From a virus, in the IMG/VR virus record IMGVR_UViG_3300017719_000007, positions 4,678 to 68,677 of that record: a stretch of 64,000 nt of DNA. The stretch is one strand, 5' to 3'. Below, piece by piece: positions 49,154-59,632 of this stretch; position 1 is the first letter of the stretch; each line of letters begins with the position of its first letter. The notes under the pieces are model-generated. The model searched no databases. It saw only the letters and a program-made list of their open reading frames with translations, and was not told the origin of the DNA. The position numbers and the translations under genes are program-made.

Positions 49154-49711
49154 TTAATTAGTTTGAGATTTCTTTAATGTACTTTTACTTTTTAGATTAG
49201 TTCCTAATTGAATCTTTCCACCAGTATATGTTTTTGCTTCTTGGCCAGGCTGTAGCATATTAGGAGGCATTGGCTGTTTGACGCCTGCTTCACTACTTTT
49301 CGCTTTTTCAATAAGTCTCTGCATTCTCCCTTGATCCTTTTCACTCTGTCTACCAGTATCTATGTATGCAGCTTGTGCAGTGTTAGGTGTTGTCGCAGGA
49401 TTAGGTTTCTTATAAACTATATCCTTTCTTTTTAAATTTGGAATAACTAAAACATCACCTTCATTAACACTAAAAGGATTAAAGATATTATTTACTACAC
49501 AGATAGCATCTATGAATTCTCCACTACCAAAATAAATTTCTGATATCTTATCTATTCTTCCTATCTGATCCATAGTAACATAATGTAATGCCCTAACACC
49601 AAGATCAGAATCATAAATAAATGATGGTGCAGTAAGGTCCCAATAACCTTCACCTGTTTTATCTAAAGTTAATTTATTTTTTAAAGTTAATGATTTTACG
49701 TTCATATTCAA
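49154..49711 (-). CDS. Baseplate wedge protein, gp53/LysM-like
   Basis: GRIDKISEIYFGS...ICVVNNIFNPFSVNEGDVLVIP. Confidence 0.8.
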   Translation of the reverse strand: MNMNVKSLTLKNKLTLDKTGEGYWDLTAPSFIYDSDLGVRALHYVTMDQIGRIDKISEIYFGSGEFIDAICVVNNIFNPFSVNEGDVLVIPNLKRKDIVYKKPNPATTPNTAQAAYIDTGRQSEKDQGRMQRLIEKAKSSEAGVKQPMPPNMLQPGQEAKTYTGGKIQLGTNLKSKSTLKKSQTN

Positions 49712-49719
49712 TAGTTATA

Positions 49720-51519
49720 TTAAGAATCAATAAACATACTAACAGTGTTAGAAATATACTCGGCTGAATCACTAGTAGCTTGTTTATTTGGATTATTTTT
49801 AATGTTACTTATCTTATTGCTTTTTGCTGATCCGGCAGGTGCACCTTGTGTTGCTTGTGTATTTGTTTTCCCAGTCTTAACTGCTCCATAAGTTGCAACA
49901 TCTAAACCTGCTAAATTTAAAATATCTTCTTCACCTTCTGCTGAAGCATAAATTCTACCACGGCCTGCATTAAACATATTTTCTATATCTCCTTTATCTC
50001 TAGGCTTACCGTGCTTAAGATCAATTTCAAATTTTACTTCCATTGGAAAATCATCATAACCTAAACCATGTCCTAATGTCATTGTTGAATTATCACAATA
50101 CATATTACCCATTGTTACAATTGGATTTAATGGATTCCCCACAGTAACATGCCAATCACCAGTAGGCTCAGCACTAATTAAAGCTTTAGATGCCTGTGTA
50201 CCGGAAACAGCACCAACATTATCACTTAAGAAACCACCTAACATATTACCTAATAATGTTTTACCAACTTTAAGTATTCCTTCAATTCCACTTTCAGCCG
50301 TTACATTACCGTCAGCCCCACCAAACACACTTTTAAATCCGGTTTCAACATCAGTAACTACACTTCCAATATATCCACTGAAGTCACCTTGTTTTAATTT
50401 ATTAATATCTCCAAATTGACTAGCCACTGCACCAGCACTACCATAGTATCTTTGGCCGCCTCCGAAGAACTGTCCATTATTATAAGTCATAGTTAACATA
50501 TTACTAATGATGTCAATCATTGCAATTTTAGGATTAACATAATTAAGAGATTTTAGTTCATATTCAAAATTAAGTTTTAAGTCATTTGAAAATTTCATAC
50601 CACGATCTCTAATCTGAGTAGAATCAATAACATTAACAGGACCTATTACAAAGTTGGCATAAGTGGTTCCTAATTGGTCTCCAGTACTCATATTCTGTTT
50701 AGCAAACTTTTGCCTTGAACTGATACCTTTAAATGCATCAGCTGTTGCTCTACCAACACCACCCATCTTAGAATAAAACGGCTGAGAAGTATAACCACCA
50801 TCACCGCTACTGATATCTTCCATTTCAGATTTAACTTCTTTATAATTTAACCCATAAGACATAGATAAAATTTCATCTAATTTATTACCTGCCTTTTCAC
50901 CTAAGTAGGTAATAGCGGTAACACCTGCAGTTTGAGTAGCATCAACATTCTCAGCGGCTCTAGGAGTATCTGGATCCTTTCCTGCAATATCCATTTTTAA
51001 ATCAAATATGTTATCATTTACTGGTGTTGGGAACCTTCTTAATGTTATTAAATGATTAACAGGAATTTGTTTGTAATATTTACAGTATAAAAAATCTTGT
51101 GCAGTATATCCAATTCTAGGATAATTAGTATTAAAATATTCTATAAGCTTAGCAATAGAAACATTCTTTGAATCGCTTCCACCCATTGTGGCATTATCAG
51201 CATTATCAAAAAAATCATTAAACGGTTTACCACCAGTTAATCCTCCATGCATACCTCTAAAATTAAATAATGCATACCTATTAAATATTGATCTAGGTAT
51301 AACAGCTTTCATACCGAAAGCAACACCAAATTGATCAGGCACAGCACCGTTTGAATAAAATGATTTAGCAATAGCAGTTTCAACCCCATGAGCAAACCCA
51401 GTAGATTCTCCACCAAAAACACCTAGCCTAGTTGCAGTTGATGAGTTAGGATTAGGTGGTGTATTATCATTTACACTGCTATTTCCTGTTGTGTTTGTTG
51501 AATAAGGGCCTCCGAACAT
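49720..51519 (-). CDS. Hypothetical baseplate/tube-associated protein (599 aa)
   Basis: First gene of the baseplate operon after a GAATATATA motif; C-terminal GNMYCDNSTMT...DDFPMEVKFEIDL recalls tube-fold proteins. Confidence 0.5.
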   Translation of the reverse strand: MFGGPYSTNTTGNSSVNDNTPPNPNSSTATRLGVFGGESTGFAHGVETAIAKSFYSNGAVPDQFGVAFGMKAVIPRSIFNRYALFNFRGMHGGLTGGKPFNDFFDNADNATMGGSDSKNVSIAKLIEYFNTNYPRIGYTAQDFLYCKYYKQIPVNHLITLRRFPTPVNDNIFDLKMDIAGKDPDTPRAAENVDATQTAGVTAITYLGEKAGNKLDEILSMSYGLNYKEVKSEMEDISSGDGGYTSQPFYSKMGGVGRATADAFKGISSRQKFAKQNMSTGDQLGTTYANFVIGPVNVIDSTQIRDRGMKFSNDLKLNFEYELKSLNYVNPKIAMIDIISNMLTMTYNNGQFFGGGQRYYGSAGAVASQFGDINKLKQGDFSGYIGSVVTDVETGFKSVFGGADGNVTAESGIEGILKVGKTLLGNMLGGFLSDNVGAVSGTQASKALISAEPTGDWHVTVGNPLNPIVTMGNMYCDNSTMTLGHGLGYDDFPMEVKFEIDLKHGKPRDKGDIENMFNAGRGRIYASAEGEEDILNLAGLDVATYGAVKTGKTNTQATQGAPAGSAKSNKISNIKNNPNKQATSDSAEYISNTVSMFIDS

Positions 51520-51545
51520 AGTTATAGTCTATTTTTAGTATATAT

Positions 51546-52109
51546 TCAGCCTAAGCTGTTGAGATACTTATCGATGTCAATATCTCCGTTTTGGAATTTA
51601 TCTACCCAGCCTTTTTTAAACCTAGCATTAAACTCTTGTGGGCTATCAGTAGAAAGAGAACCTTTAAAAAATGGCCTTGATGATATATCTCTTATTTCTT
51701 TTAGGTTTTTTGATATTATATAAAACTGAACTTTTTCAAACAAACCTTGTAAATCATTTTTAGTTTTTTTACACATGACAGATTCTACTATTACATATAA
51801 CCGTTCTCTATCACTTTCATCAAACCTATCCTCTAATGATTTTACATTTTTAAAGTCTTCTTTTTTAATAGGCATTTTTCTAGCTCTATTATTAAACTCA
51901 TATTTAAAATTCATATCAAAAAAATGAGACTTAAGATACTTCATATTATCATACATCTTAATAATACGAATTTGATATAAAGGATTAATAGGATCCCATT
52001 GGGTATCTACAATAAGACCTTTTACTGGCAATAAAACATTAGGCCTGCTAAAAGATGATAGTAGGCAATACACAGTTTGTCCTTTGGTAAATATTCTATG
52101 GGCTTTCAT
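51546..52109 (-). CDS. Hypothetical protein
   Basis: 187-aa ORF in an overlapping operon. Confidence 0.7.
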   Translation of the reverse strand: MKAHRIFTKGQTVYCLLSSFSRPNVLLPVKGLIVDTQWDPINPLYQIRIIKMYDNMKYLKSHFFDMNFKYEFNNRARKMPIKKEDFKNVKSLEDRFDESDRERLYVIVESVMCKKTKNDLQGLFEKVQFYIISKNLKEIRDISSRPFFKGSLSTDSPQEFNARFKKGWVDKFQNGDIDIDKYLNSLG

Positions 52110-52492
52110 TCAAACTCTATGACATTTTTAAATAGCTTAGCGCTACCATTTACATTAATGTCAGGTGAATGATATATGTTATATGTTATGTCGTTATTAG
52201 TCAAAGACTCTACATATGATTTTATCCCGGTAACAGTATGTTCATTTAAATTACCTAACACATAAAAAATAGATACAGCATTTCTATCAAATACCGTTTG
52301 TAACTGTTTCATTAAGTATGAAGATACAACGGCATCAGATGGTTCAAATTGATAAAAATCATTTTTCGTTAATTTATTAAAAATGTCCATATAATTGATA
52401 CACTCAATATTTCTTGGTACATTTCCTAAAAACGATTTTACTTTTACTGCGTCTTTTGAATATATGAAATTAAATTCTATGTTTGTTTCCAT
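52106..52492 (-). CDS. Hypothetical protein
   Basis: 128-aa ORF overlapping both neighbours. Confidence 0.7.
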   Translation of the reverse strand: METNIEFNFIYSKDAVKVKSFLGNVPRNIECINYMDIFNKLTKNDFYQFEPSDAVVSSYLMKQLQTVFDRNAVSIFYVLGNLNEHTVTGIKSYVESLTNNDITYNIYHSPDINVNGSAKLFKNVIEFE

Positions 52493-52806
52493 TCAGATAA
52501 TAAATCGATCTCAGCTTGGAGTTCTTTTATTTTACTTTCTATTTCTTTTTTGTTAGGTTCATAATGAGTTCCCCACTCGGTGCCAATTTTTAAAACTTGT
52601 TTTTCAAATTTATTACCGCAATCTAAACCTAAGTCATCAGTAAGTTCATAAAAGAATCTCATAATATATTCAAACTTATTCCTATGTTCTTCATTAGATT
52701 CAAATACATCGGTTGAGGTCCACTGTTCTTTACCACCACCATGATTATCATTAATCACTCTTTTTATTACTCCATTTCTGGCAGGTTCTAAAACAATTTT
52801 AATCAT
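52477..52806 (-). CDS. Hypothetical protein
   Basis: 109-aa ORF ending in TAG. Confidence 0.7.
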   Translation of the reverse strand: MIKIVLEPARNGVIKRVINDNHGGGKEQWTSTDVFESNEEHRNKFEYIMRFFYELTDDLGLDCGNKFEKQVLKIGTEWGTHYEPNKKEIESKIKELQAEIDLLSEWKQT

Positions 52807-53173
52807 TTAATCTTTTATTTAAAGATTCTCTGGCTTCTTTCATTAGCTTCCTAGCAATCTTTTTATCAGTATGCCAAGTTTTTTTATCTTTAACAGATAG
52901 GATAGCATTAGCTTCTCTTAGCATTTCAATCTCACTTTCATTATATCCTATTTCTTTCCATGCTACTATCTTTTGACTTTCCATACTTTCTAAAAGTTCT
53001 GATATTCTTTTATCTTGCGCGTCTACTGTAGCTGCATGCAACTCTTTCCCTCGTTTAATATTTTCTCGAGTAACTTCCATCCACTCATGAAAAGGTAATT
53101 TACTTTTTGCTTTAAGAAGTCCTTGATACTTCATTGCTAATCTTCTCTGTCTTCTGTTTGGTGCCTGTGTCAT
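52799..53173 (-). CDS. Hypothetical basic helical protein (NRRQRR motif)
   Basis: 124-aa ORF; TAATATATA motif at 53188-53196. Confidence 0.7.
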   Translation of the reverse strand: MTQAPNRRQRRLAMKYQGLLKAKSKLPFHEWMEVTRENIKRGKELHAATVDAQDKRISELLESMESQKIVAWKEIGYNESEIEMLREANAILSVKDKKTWHTDKKIARKLMKEARESLNKRLND

Positions 53174-53209
53174 ATGATTGATTTTATTATATATTATAGC
53201 TTAAATTGC

Positions 53210-53701
53210 TTAGTCAATTTTATACCTGGTTTTAATTAGCTCAGTGATACTATCAAAAAGACTATCTAAGATTAAGTCATCTGATATTTGATTTTTAATA
53301 AAAGATTCTAATTCATCATTAACTTCATCTAAATCAAATGATGAACTAATAATTTCATATATAGCCTTTTTAGGAACTTCTATCGGAAAGGTAAGATTAA
53401 GCTTTATCTTATCATTCTTTTTCTGTTTGTCAAATAGAGTTCTTATTGGAGACGATGGGATTTCTTGTATTGGTATTTTTTCTTTATAAATATCGGCTGC
53501 TTTTTTTAAAGCAGGTGAAGGTGGTTTAAAATCTAAAGGGTCACCATCCACAGGTTCTAAAAATTCATTAAGTAAGTTTGTTGCTATTCTACCTCCGCTA
53601 TTAAAAATAGTCCATTCACCTTCAGTAGACTTAATAGTTTCAACTGAACCAAACTTATCACCTTTAATCCATTGTAAGATTACTTCTTCTGTATTTTCCA
53701 T
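53210..53701 (-). CDS. Hypothetical protein
   Basis: 163-aa ORF; upstream TAAACAA...TATAAT element. Confidence 0.7.
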   Translation of the reverse strand: MENTEEVILQWIKGDKFGSVETIKSTEGEWTIFNSGGRIATNLLNEFLEPVDGDPLDFKPPSPALKKAADIYKEKIPIQEIPSSPIRTLFDKQKKNDKIKLNLTFPIEVPKKAIYEIISSSFDLDEVNDELESFIKNQISDDLILDSLFDSITELIKTRYKID

Positions 53702-53750
53702 ACTTGTATCACTTTATAATTATTATACTCAGAAAAAGAAAATTGTTTAA

Positions 53751-56700
53751 TTAAGGGGACGCATCTGCTCCTTCAATAAGCTTCCATGTACATCCTAGAT
53801 CATTACTACAAGGATTGTCATCATTTGAGACTGAATCCGTAGCAACCGCTATTATTAAGCGATCGTCAAATCGGTCTAGATTAACACCACTTATTGTAAG
53901 AATACTATTCATACATACTTGAGCTCGACCGGTCCCGCTATTAAGGTTAGAGACAGTCATAGTAAGTGAGTTGGCTACATTAGAAATCAATTCATATTCA
54001 CCAGTTCCATTCAATGGCTCATTTGAACACTTCCATCTATATAGAGCAACCACTATTCTTCCAGTTACAGGAACCGAGAATGAGTTAACCGAGCTTTCTG
54101 CTGTCCATGTAGCCCTATATGTAAAACTATCTCCGTCAGTATAACTATTGTTAAGTATTATACCAGATGTAGCTAACCAAAATAAATCTGCTGAGCCGGA
54201 ACCTCCTACTATGGTTGCACCAGTACCGGGGGCTAGACCAGTCCAATTTGACGAAGCCCACCCAAGACCTTGGTTTGATGTGGCACTAACATCGCCAGTG
54301 TTATTTATCAAGAAAGTAGAGTTTAATAAATCACCTCCTATGTATCTAGGTAATCCTCCAGCTATAGCCATTGAACCTTCTGCGACAACAATACTAGAAT
54401 TTCCACCGGCTCCACTAACACCTTGTATACCTTGGGCACCTGTACCAAGCAAACCTTGCAAACCTTGGGTACCTTGAGCTCCTGTCGTAGGTGCAGGGTA
54501 TATACAATATGTATAGGTGTTAATTGAAGGTCCACTAGCAGCTGCTATAGTATAATTTCCAGTTTGGAATGTAACACCTAAAGCATCATATCCAACATTA
54601 GCTGTAATACTGTTTACTGTATATAATGCGTCTATACCATTAAGAGATACCCTAAGTGAAATAGTATCACCCACACTAAGGGTAACTGGATGGTTAATAT
54701 CAGTACCTATATAAATTATAGTAACACTACTTGTGGTACCAGAAGAATTCAATGCAATCTGATCCGCTTGTGGGGAAGACAAAGTATTAGTTACGCCGTC
54801 CCAACCAACTGTATTTCCAGGTATACAACCGGAACCTATTCCACCTCCACCTTTAGGACCGATGGTTCCTTGTACACCTATAACTCCTTGTAAACCAGTA
54901 GTTCCTTGTACACCTTGCGGTTGAATACAATAAACAGTATCAGTTGATGAAGAGAATGTTTGACCAGAACCACCAATATAAGATACGCCCATTACTTGAC
55001 CGACTACAACATTATTAACCAGATATGTATCAGATTCACCATCACTCTGTGATAGCGATATTCTATCTCCCGCAATCGCAGTACCTAATGTACTTGATGA
55101 TGTGGAGCTTACAAACACTTGAGTAACAGCAGTGGCATTTGAATTATTTATAGCAAAGGTTCCAGCATTTGTTGAATTAGTTATAAGTACCTCAGCACCT
55201 GGTATTATTTCACAGCCTGTATTTAGCGGTGTTGTTCCTATAGTTCCTTGTGAACCGGTATTTCCTACAGTTCCTTGTAAGCCTTGGGTTCCTTGAGTAC
55301 CGGTACCTATGATACCTTGTAAACCTTGAGTTCCTTGCGTACCATCAGTTCCTTGTAAACCTTGTAAACCTTGAGTTCCTTGTAAACCTTGGGTTCCTTG
55401 AGTTCCATCAATTCCTTGTGTCCCATCAGTTCCTTGTAAACCTTGCAAACCTTGAGTTCCTTGTAAACCATCAGTTCCTTGTAAACCTTGTAAACCTTGA
55501 GTTCCTTGTAAACCTTGAGTTCCTTGGCTACCTAAACCAGAAATACCTTGTAAACCTTGGGTACCTTGTGCGCCAGGATCTCCGTTACCAACAAGTTTTG
55601 TTAATGTTAAACTAGCATTTGAAATTGTAAAGGTATTAGCAGATGTGATGGCATTCATTATGATGCCAACAGTATCACCACCATTAAGATCTAAAATATC
55701 AACCATTGATATATTAGTACTACCATCTATATTTGTTATTACCTGAGTTTCTCCTGAAACTCCATAAGGACCTCCATTAAGTAGCACTTCGGTTGCAACA
55801 TCATCAACAGCACCGGTTAAAAATCCAGTTATTGAAACATTTAATGCATATTCGCCAGCTTCAGCGGCATCTATTTGTAATGTCCCAGTCGGGTTTGGGC
55901 CACCTCCACCTATATTGAGATATCCCATTTGATTCCTTTCACCTGAATTAAAAGGTATACCTCGATCAAATCCAGACGCAGCAGTATCAATTCCTATAGA
56001 AGAAGAATCATTTGTAGTTAGTATTAACGAACCGTATGCAACGGATCCACTTATAGAACCTGATAAACCTTGAGTTCCTTGAGAACCTGAACCTTGTACA
56101 CCTTGTAAACCTTGTGTTCCTTGAGAACCTGAACCTTGTAAACCTTGTAAACCTTGTGTTCCTTGTAAACCTTGTGTTCCATCAGTTCCTTGTAAACCTT
56201 GAGTTCCTTGTAAACCATCAGTTCCTTGTAAACCTTGTAAACCTTGAGTTCCTTGTAAACCTTGAGTTCCTTGTAAACCATCAATTCCTTGTAAACCTTG
56301 AGTTCCTTGTAAACCTTGAGTTCCTTGGGTTCCTTGTACACCTATAACTCCTTGTAAACCAGTAGTTCCTTGTACACCTTGCGGTCCTTGCGGTCCTGCA
56401 GGCCCTTGGTCACCAGTTACAACAAATGATAATAAAACATCCTCATCCATTGTAAACGGTGCAACTTCAGTATATGCAACAGGTACAACTTCTAATTCCC
56501 ACCATGTACCTCCAGTAGAAGGCCTGTCATATACTTCAGTTATTTGCCAAAGTATAAATTCATTAGCATCAGATTGAGCTGTAATTCTAACATGACCTTT
56601 AATTGGATTTGTAGAAGTTGCTATTGTTTGTAAAAATGTTGATATGTTATTCCCGGTAACACCAAAGTCATTAATTGACATTATAGTAGATACATTTTGG

Positions 56701-57911
56701 TTTACATTATTTACTGCAACATAACTAAATCCTGGATCATCTACAACGGTGGTTATATTAAATTGATAATCAAAAGATGCACCACCAAAACCACCAGCAT
56801 CACCTTTAGTTCCTTGTATTCCTGTAAAACCTTGTAAACCGGTTCCACCGATTGTTCCTTGGGACCCTGCACCTTGTGCACCTTGTGATCCGGTAGGACC
56901 TACTATTGTTGAAGCTTCACCTTGGACACCTTGTGTACCTTGTAATCCAAAGCCATCATTTCCTTGTACTCCTTGGATTCCTTGAGTTCCTAATATACCT
57001 TGAGCACCAACAGTTCCTTGTAAACCAAAACCATCATTACCTTGTAAACCTTGTAGTCCTTGGCTACCGGTTATACCTTGAGCACCAAGTAAACCAGCAG
57101 CAGCTGCTGTTACATTTACCCAATTCTGACCATCATATTGTAAAAACTCAGATGAACTAGCAGAAGATGCATTAACATTACCTAAGCTATTTATATCAGT
57201 ATTATTATTATTAAGTGTTGCTAAATCAATTAAAGACGAATCAAAATTATAAACAACAGATTGATTAGGTATATTTGTAGCAACAGCTAAAGGTTCACCT
57301 AATGTTGTATATGTATTAGATGCGTTAAGTCCTTTGAATGTTAAAGTAGTACCACTCATTCCACCAAATATATTCTGGACACCTGTGCCTATACCTATAT
57401 TTAGCCCTTGGTTTATTTCACCACCGGCAGAAGAGTTAATTAATTTAATTGCATTAACAGTACTGTCATATTGTAATTGAACGCCGTCACCTGCAATTAA
57501 TCTAAATGTATCATTTGCGATCGAAGAATTTAATTCAAAATCATTAGCAGAACCTAATGAAGGCGTAACTCCTGTATAATTAACAACTATTTTACCATAC
57601 CCATTAGCTGAACCTACAGTTACATCACCAGTTCCAATACCACCAATAATATCCCATTCATCTGTTACAAATGTACCTTGTGTGGTTCGTGTATTTGCTC
57701 TCCACCAAACTAATGTCTCTGATACTACACTAGTGGAGCCACTAGGTTCTATTACTTCTACAGGGTGATACACAATATGACCAGTGTCGTATGTTCTATT
57801 ATCTACCCACGGGTTTGCTACTGCCTTAAAATTTTCATCTACCTCACCATTAAAAAGTTCCCTTTTAACTTCATTTCTATAGAGGATATATTCTTTTAGA
57901 TTGAATGCCAT
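53751..57911 (-). CDS. Modular collagen-like fibre protein (1386 aa)
   Basis: Several G-X-Q blocks separated by globular beta domains, one BclA/C1q-like (AYGSL...IPFN...AGEYALNVSI). Confidence 0.88.
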   Translation of the reverse strand: MAFNLKEYILYRNEVKRELFNGEVDENFKAVANPWVDNRTYDTGHIVYHPVEVIEPSGSTSVVSETLVWWRANTRTTQGTFVTDEWDIIGGIGTGDVTVGSANGYGKIVVNYTGVTPSLGSANDFELNSSIANDTFRLIAGDGVQLQYDSTVNAIKLINSSAGGEINQGLNIGIGTGVQNIFGGMSGTTLTFKGLNASNTYTTLGEPLAVATNIPNQSVVYNFDSSLIDLATLNNNNTDINSLGNVNASSASSSEFLQYDGQNWVNVTAAAAGLLGAQGITGSQGLQGLQGNDGFGLQGTVGAQGILGTQGIQGVQGNDGFGLQGTQGVQGEASTIVGPTGSQGAQGAGSQGTIGGTGLQGFTGIQGTKGDAGGFGGASFDYQFNITTVVDDPGFSYVAVNNVNQNVSTIMSINDFGVTGNNISTFLQTIATSTNPIKGHVRITAQSDANEFILWQITEVYDRPSTGGTWWELEVVPVAYTEVAPFTMDEDVLLSFVVTGDQGPAGPQGPQGVQGTTGLQGVIGVQGTQGTQGLQGTQGLQGIDGLQGTQGLQGTQGLQGLQGTDGLQGTQGLQGTDGTQGLQGTQGLQGLQGSGSQGTQGLQGVQGSGSQGTQGLSGSISGSVAYGSLILTTNDSSSIGIDTAASGFDRGIPFNSGERNQMGYLNIGGGGPNPTGTLQIDAAEAGEYALNVSITGFLTGAVDDVATEVLLNGGPYGVSGETQVITNIDGSTNISMVDILDLNGGDTVGIIMNAITSANTFTISNASLTLTKLVGNGDPGAQGTQGLQGISGLGSQGTQGLQGTQGLQGLQGTDGLQGTQGLQGLQGTDGTQGIDGTQGTQGLQGTQGLQGLQGTDGTQGTQGLQGIIGTGTQGTQGLQGTVGNTGSQGTIGTTPLNTGCEIIPGAEVLITNSTNAGTFAINNSNATAVTQVFVSSTSSSTLGTAIAGDRISLSQSDGESDTYLVNNVVVGQVMGVSYIGGSGQTFSSSTDTVYCIQPQGVQGTTGLQGVIGVQGTIGPKGGGGIGSGCIPGNTVGWDGVTNTLSSPQADQIALNSSGTTSSVTIIYIGTDINHPVTLSVGDTISLRVSLNGIDALYTVNSITANVGYDALGVTFQTGNYTIAAASGPSINTYTYCIYPAPTTGAQGTQGLQGLLGTGAQGIQGVSGAGGNSSIVVAEGSMAIAGGLPRYIGGDLLNSTFLINNTGDVSATSNQGLGWASSNWTGLAPGTGATIVGGSGSADLFWLATSGIILNNSYTDGDSFTYRATWTAESSVNSFSVPVTGRIVVALYRWKCSNEPLNGTGEYELISNVANSLTMTVSNLNSGTGRAQVCMNSILTISGVNLDRFDDRLIIAVATDSVSNDDNPCSNDLGCTWKLIEGADASP
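54864..54921. repeat. 58-bp exact direct repeat, copy 1 (copy 2 at 56328-56385)
   Basis: ggttccttgtacacctataactccttgtaaaccagtagttccttgtacaccttgcggt at both positions. Confidence 0.9.
56328..56385. repeat. 58-bp exact direct repeat, copy 2
   Basis: Identical to 54864-54921; offset 1464 bp. Confidence 0.9.
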
Positions 57912-57931
57912 TTAACCTATTCTTTTTTTAT

Positions 57932-58513
57932 TTATTCAGGAGGTTCAGGAATAATATTAACATCATCATAAGGAAATTCTGCAACATCATCCTTTTCTGT
58001 AAATGCTATTCTTAATTGATTTAAATACCAAGTTCCTTCTGACCAGCCTGGCTCTGCATAACATGGTGAATAAATGCCTGTTGTATATATTCTGTTGATC
58101 TCATTCCAAAATGCTTGGTAATCTTCCACCGCTTTGTTTATAAAACCTACTTGCCTATTTGTTAGTACCTCTCTTTGTTTATTTCGTTGTATATCAAAGG
58201 AAGAACCTGAGGTAAGTTTAAAAATACCTGATACATCTTCACATCTGTATTCTGTTGTAAAGCCGTATAAATCACTAGCTCCTATAAACACTTCTATGGA
58301 TACTAAGTCTCCAACGAAACATGGATCAAAAGGTACATAATTATTTTGGTAAAATAATTCAATTTCTTTAATGCTTTTAAAATCAGTGTATGTTGATTTA
58401 TTATCAGCTATATCAAAAAATCTCATGCGAATTTTTGACACTGCTATTTTATACTTTTTTAAGTAAACAAAAAAGTCTAAAGAAAGTTTAAATGTTAATG
58501 CTTCAACGACCAA
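57932..58513 (-). CDS. Hypothetical protein
   Basis: 193-aa ORF, TTG start, GAATATATA motif at 58533-58541. Confidence 0.65.
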   Translation of the reverse strand: MVVEALTFKLSLDFFVYLKKYKIAVSKIRMRFFDIADNKSTYTDFKSIKEIELFYQNNYVPFDPCFVGDLVSIEVFIGASDLYGFTTEYRCEDVSGIFKLTSGSSFDIQRNKQREVLTNRQVGFINKAVEDYQAFWNEINRIYTTGIYSPCYAEPGWSEGTWYLNQLRIAFTEKDDVAEFPYDDVNIIPEPPE

Positions 58514-58539
58514 GAGGCTATACTATTTTTTGTATATAT

Positions 58540-59013
58540 TCAGCTCTTTATTGTGTGGTAGTCATTTACTAGGTTAGAAATTTTACCGTGAGTAACATTA
58601 CATTCATTAAAAATTTCAAGGTGAGCAGTATCTCTATAATCTTGAATCCAATAAACATGTTTAAATCCTGCATTAACCAGAATCTTAGTACACATTTTAC
58701 ACGGTGATAGGGTTAAGAGTATTATATAATTTTGTGGATCATATTCCTGGAACTTAGCAATCATATTTACTTCAGCATGAATAAATCCACTTTGTCCTGG
58801 TGTCAAAGAATCTTCTTCAGTTCCAGTATCATTATTAATTTCAGCTCCACTATAAGAGCCATTATACCCAAAGCTTGCTATTTTACTAAAGTCTTTTTTT
58901 AAGGCCATGCAACCAACCTTAGTAGTAGAAGAATTTGAAAGATCTCTAATACTTAATAAAATATTAGTGAATGCTTTTAACTTTATTTGAAGTCGCTGAA
59001 GTTTGGGATCCAT
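58540..59013 (-). CDS. dCMP deaminase
   Basis: KVGC, GYNG, HAEVN and SPCKMC zinc-binding motifs. Confidence 0.92.
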   Translation of the reverse strand: MDPKLQRLQIKLKAFTNILLSIRDLSNSSTTKVGCMALKKDFSKIASFGYNGSYSGAEINNDTGTEEDSLTPGQSGFIHAEVNMIAKFQEYDPQNYIILLTLSPCKMCTKILVNAGFKHVYWIQDYRDTAHLEIFNECNVTHGKISNLVNDYHTIKS

Positions 59014-59573
59014 TTTTGTTTAATTAAAGTAGCCTTCATTTTTACCTCAGGTAAATCTTTATTAAGACTGTTTGCAATTCTTATGTTTTCTTTATCGTCA
59101 TCAAAGAATTTAAAATTCCTAAATCCCATTTGAACAAATTTCATAAATGCGTCCTTTTTCTTCTGTGCAGTAGAACCTGTGAATCCTAAATTAGGATCAT
59201 TAATTGCAAATATAAAATCAGGGTTAACATCTACACCGTTATGCATTAGAAAATCATAGATAAGCTTTGAGTCATCTCTCGCGGTGATAATTCCAACAGC
59301 AGTACCTTTTGCGATTGTTCTTTTAAGTATATTAAAAACCCAATCAATTATTTTACCGGCTTTAAGAATTTCTAAATCTCTAAAATCATTAAAATCAAAC
59401 TCATCATGAGGCTTGGTTTTAAATGTATTAAATTCTTGTGGCGTAAGATCTATCTCATACCCTGTCTTTGGATTAAAAACTTTAATTTTACTTTTGGTTA
59501 CAATCAAAGTATCATCAACGTCAAAGACAGTTATGTCTTTCCCCCATTTTCTATACTTTTCAAATAATTCCAT
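58983..59573 (-). CDS. HAD-superfamily hydrolase
   Basis: FDVDDTL, IITAR, FFDDDKEN; start better placed at ATG 59573, just after TAATATATA, than at 59639. Confidence 0.8.
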   Translation of the reverse strand: MELFEKYRKWGKDITVFDVDDTLIVTKSKIKVFNPKTGYEIDLTPQEFNTFKTKPHDEFDFNDFRDLEILKAGKIIDWVFNILKRTIAKGTAVGIITARDDSKLIYDFLMHNGVDVNPDFIFAINDPNLGFTGSTAQKKKDAFMKFVQMGFRNFKFFDDDKENIRIANSLNKDLPEVKMKATLIKQKWIPNFSDFK

Positions 59574-59632
59574 ACAATATATATTAGTTAATTTCTGTTG
59601 ATTCACCACAGGTGAGATATGGAATGGATACA

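Noticed and set aside
55418-57160. Short repetitive ORFs inside the 1386-aa gene
   Set aside because: Shadow frames of the G-X-Q repeats.
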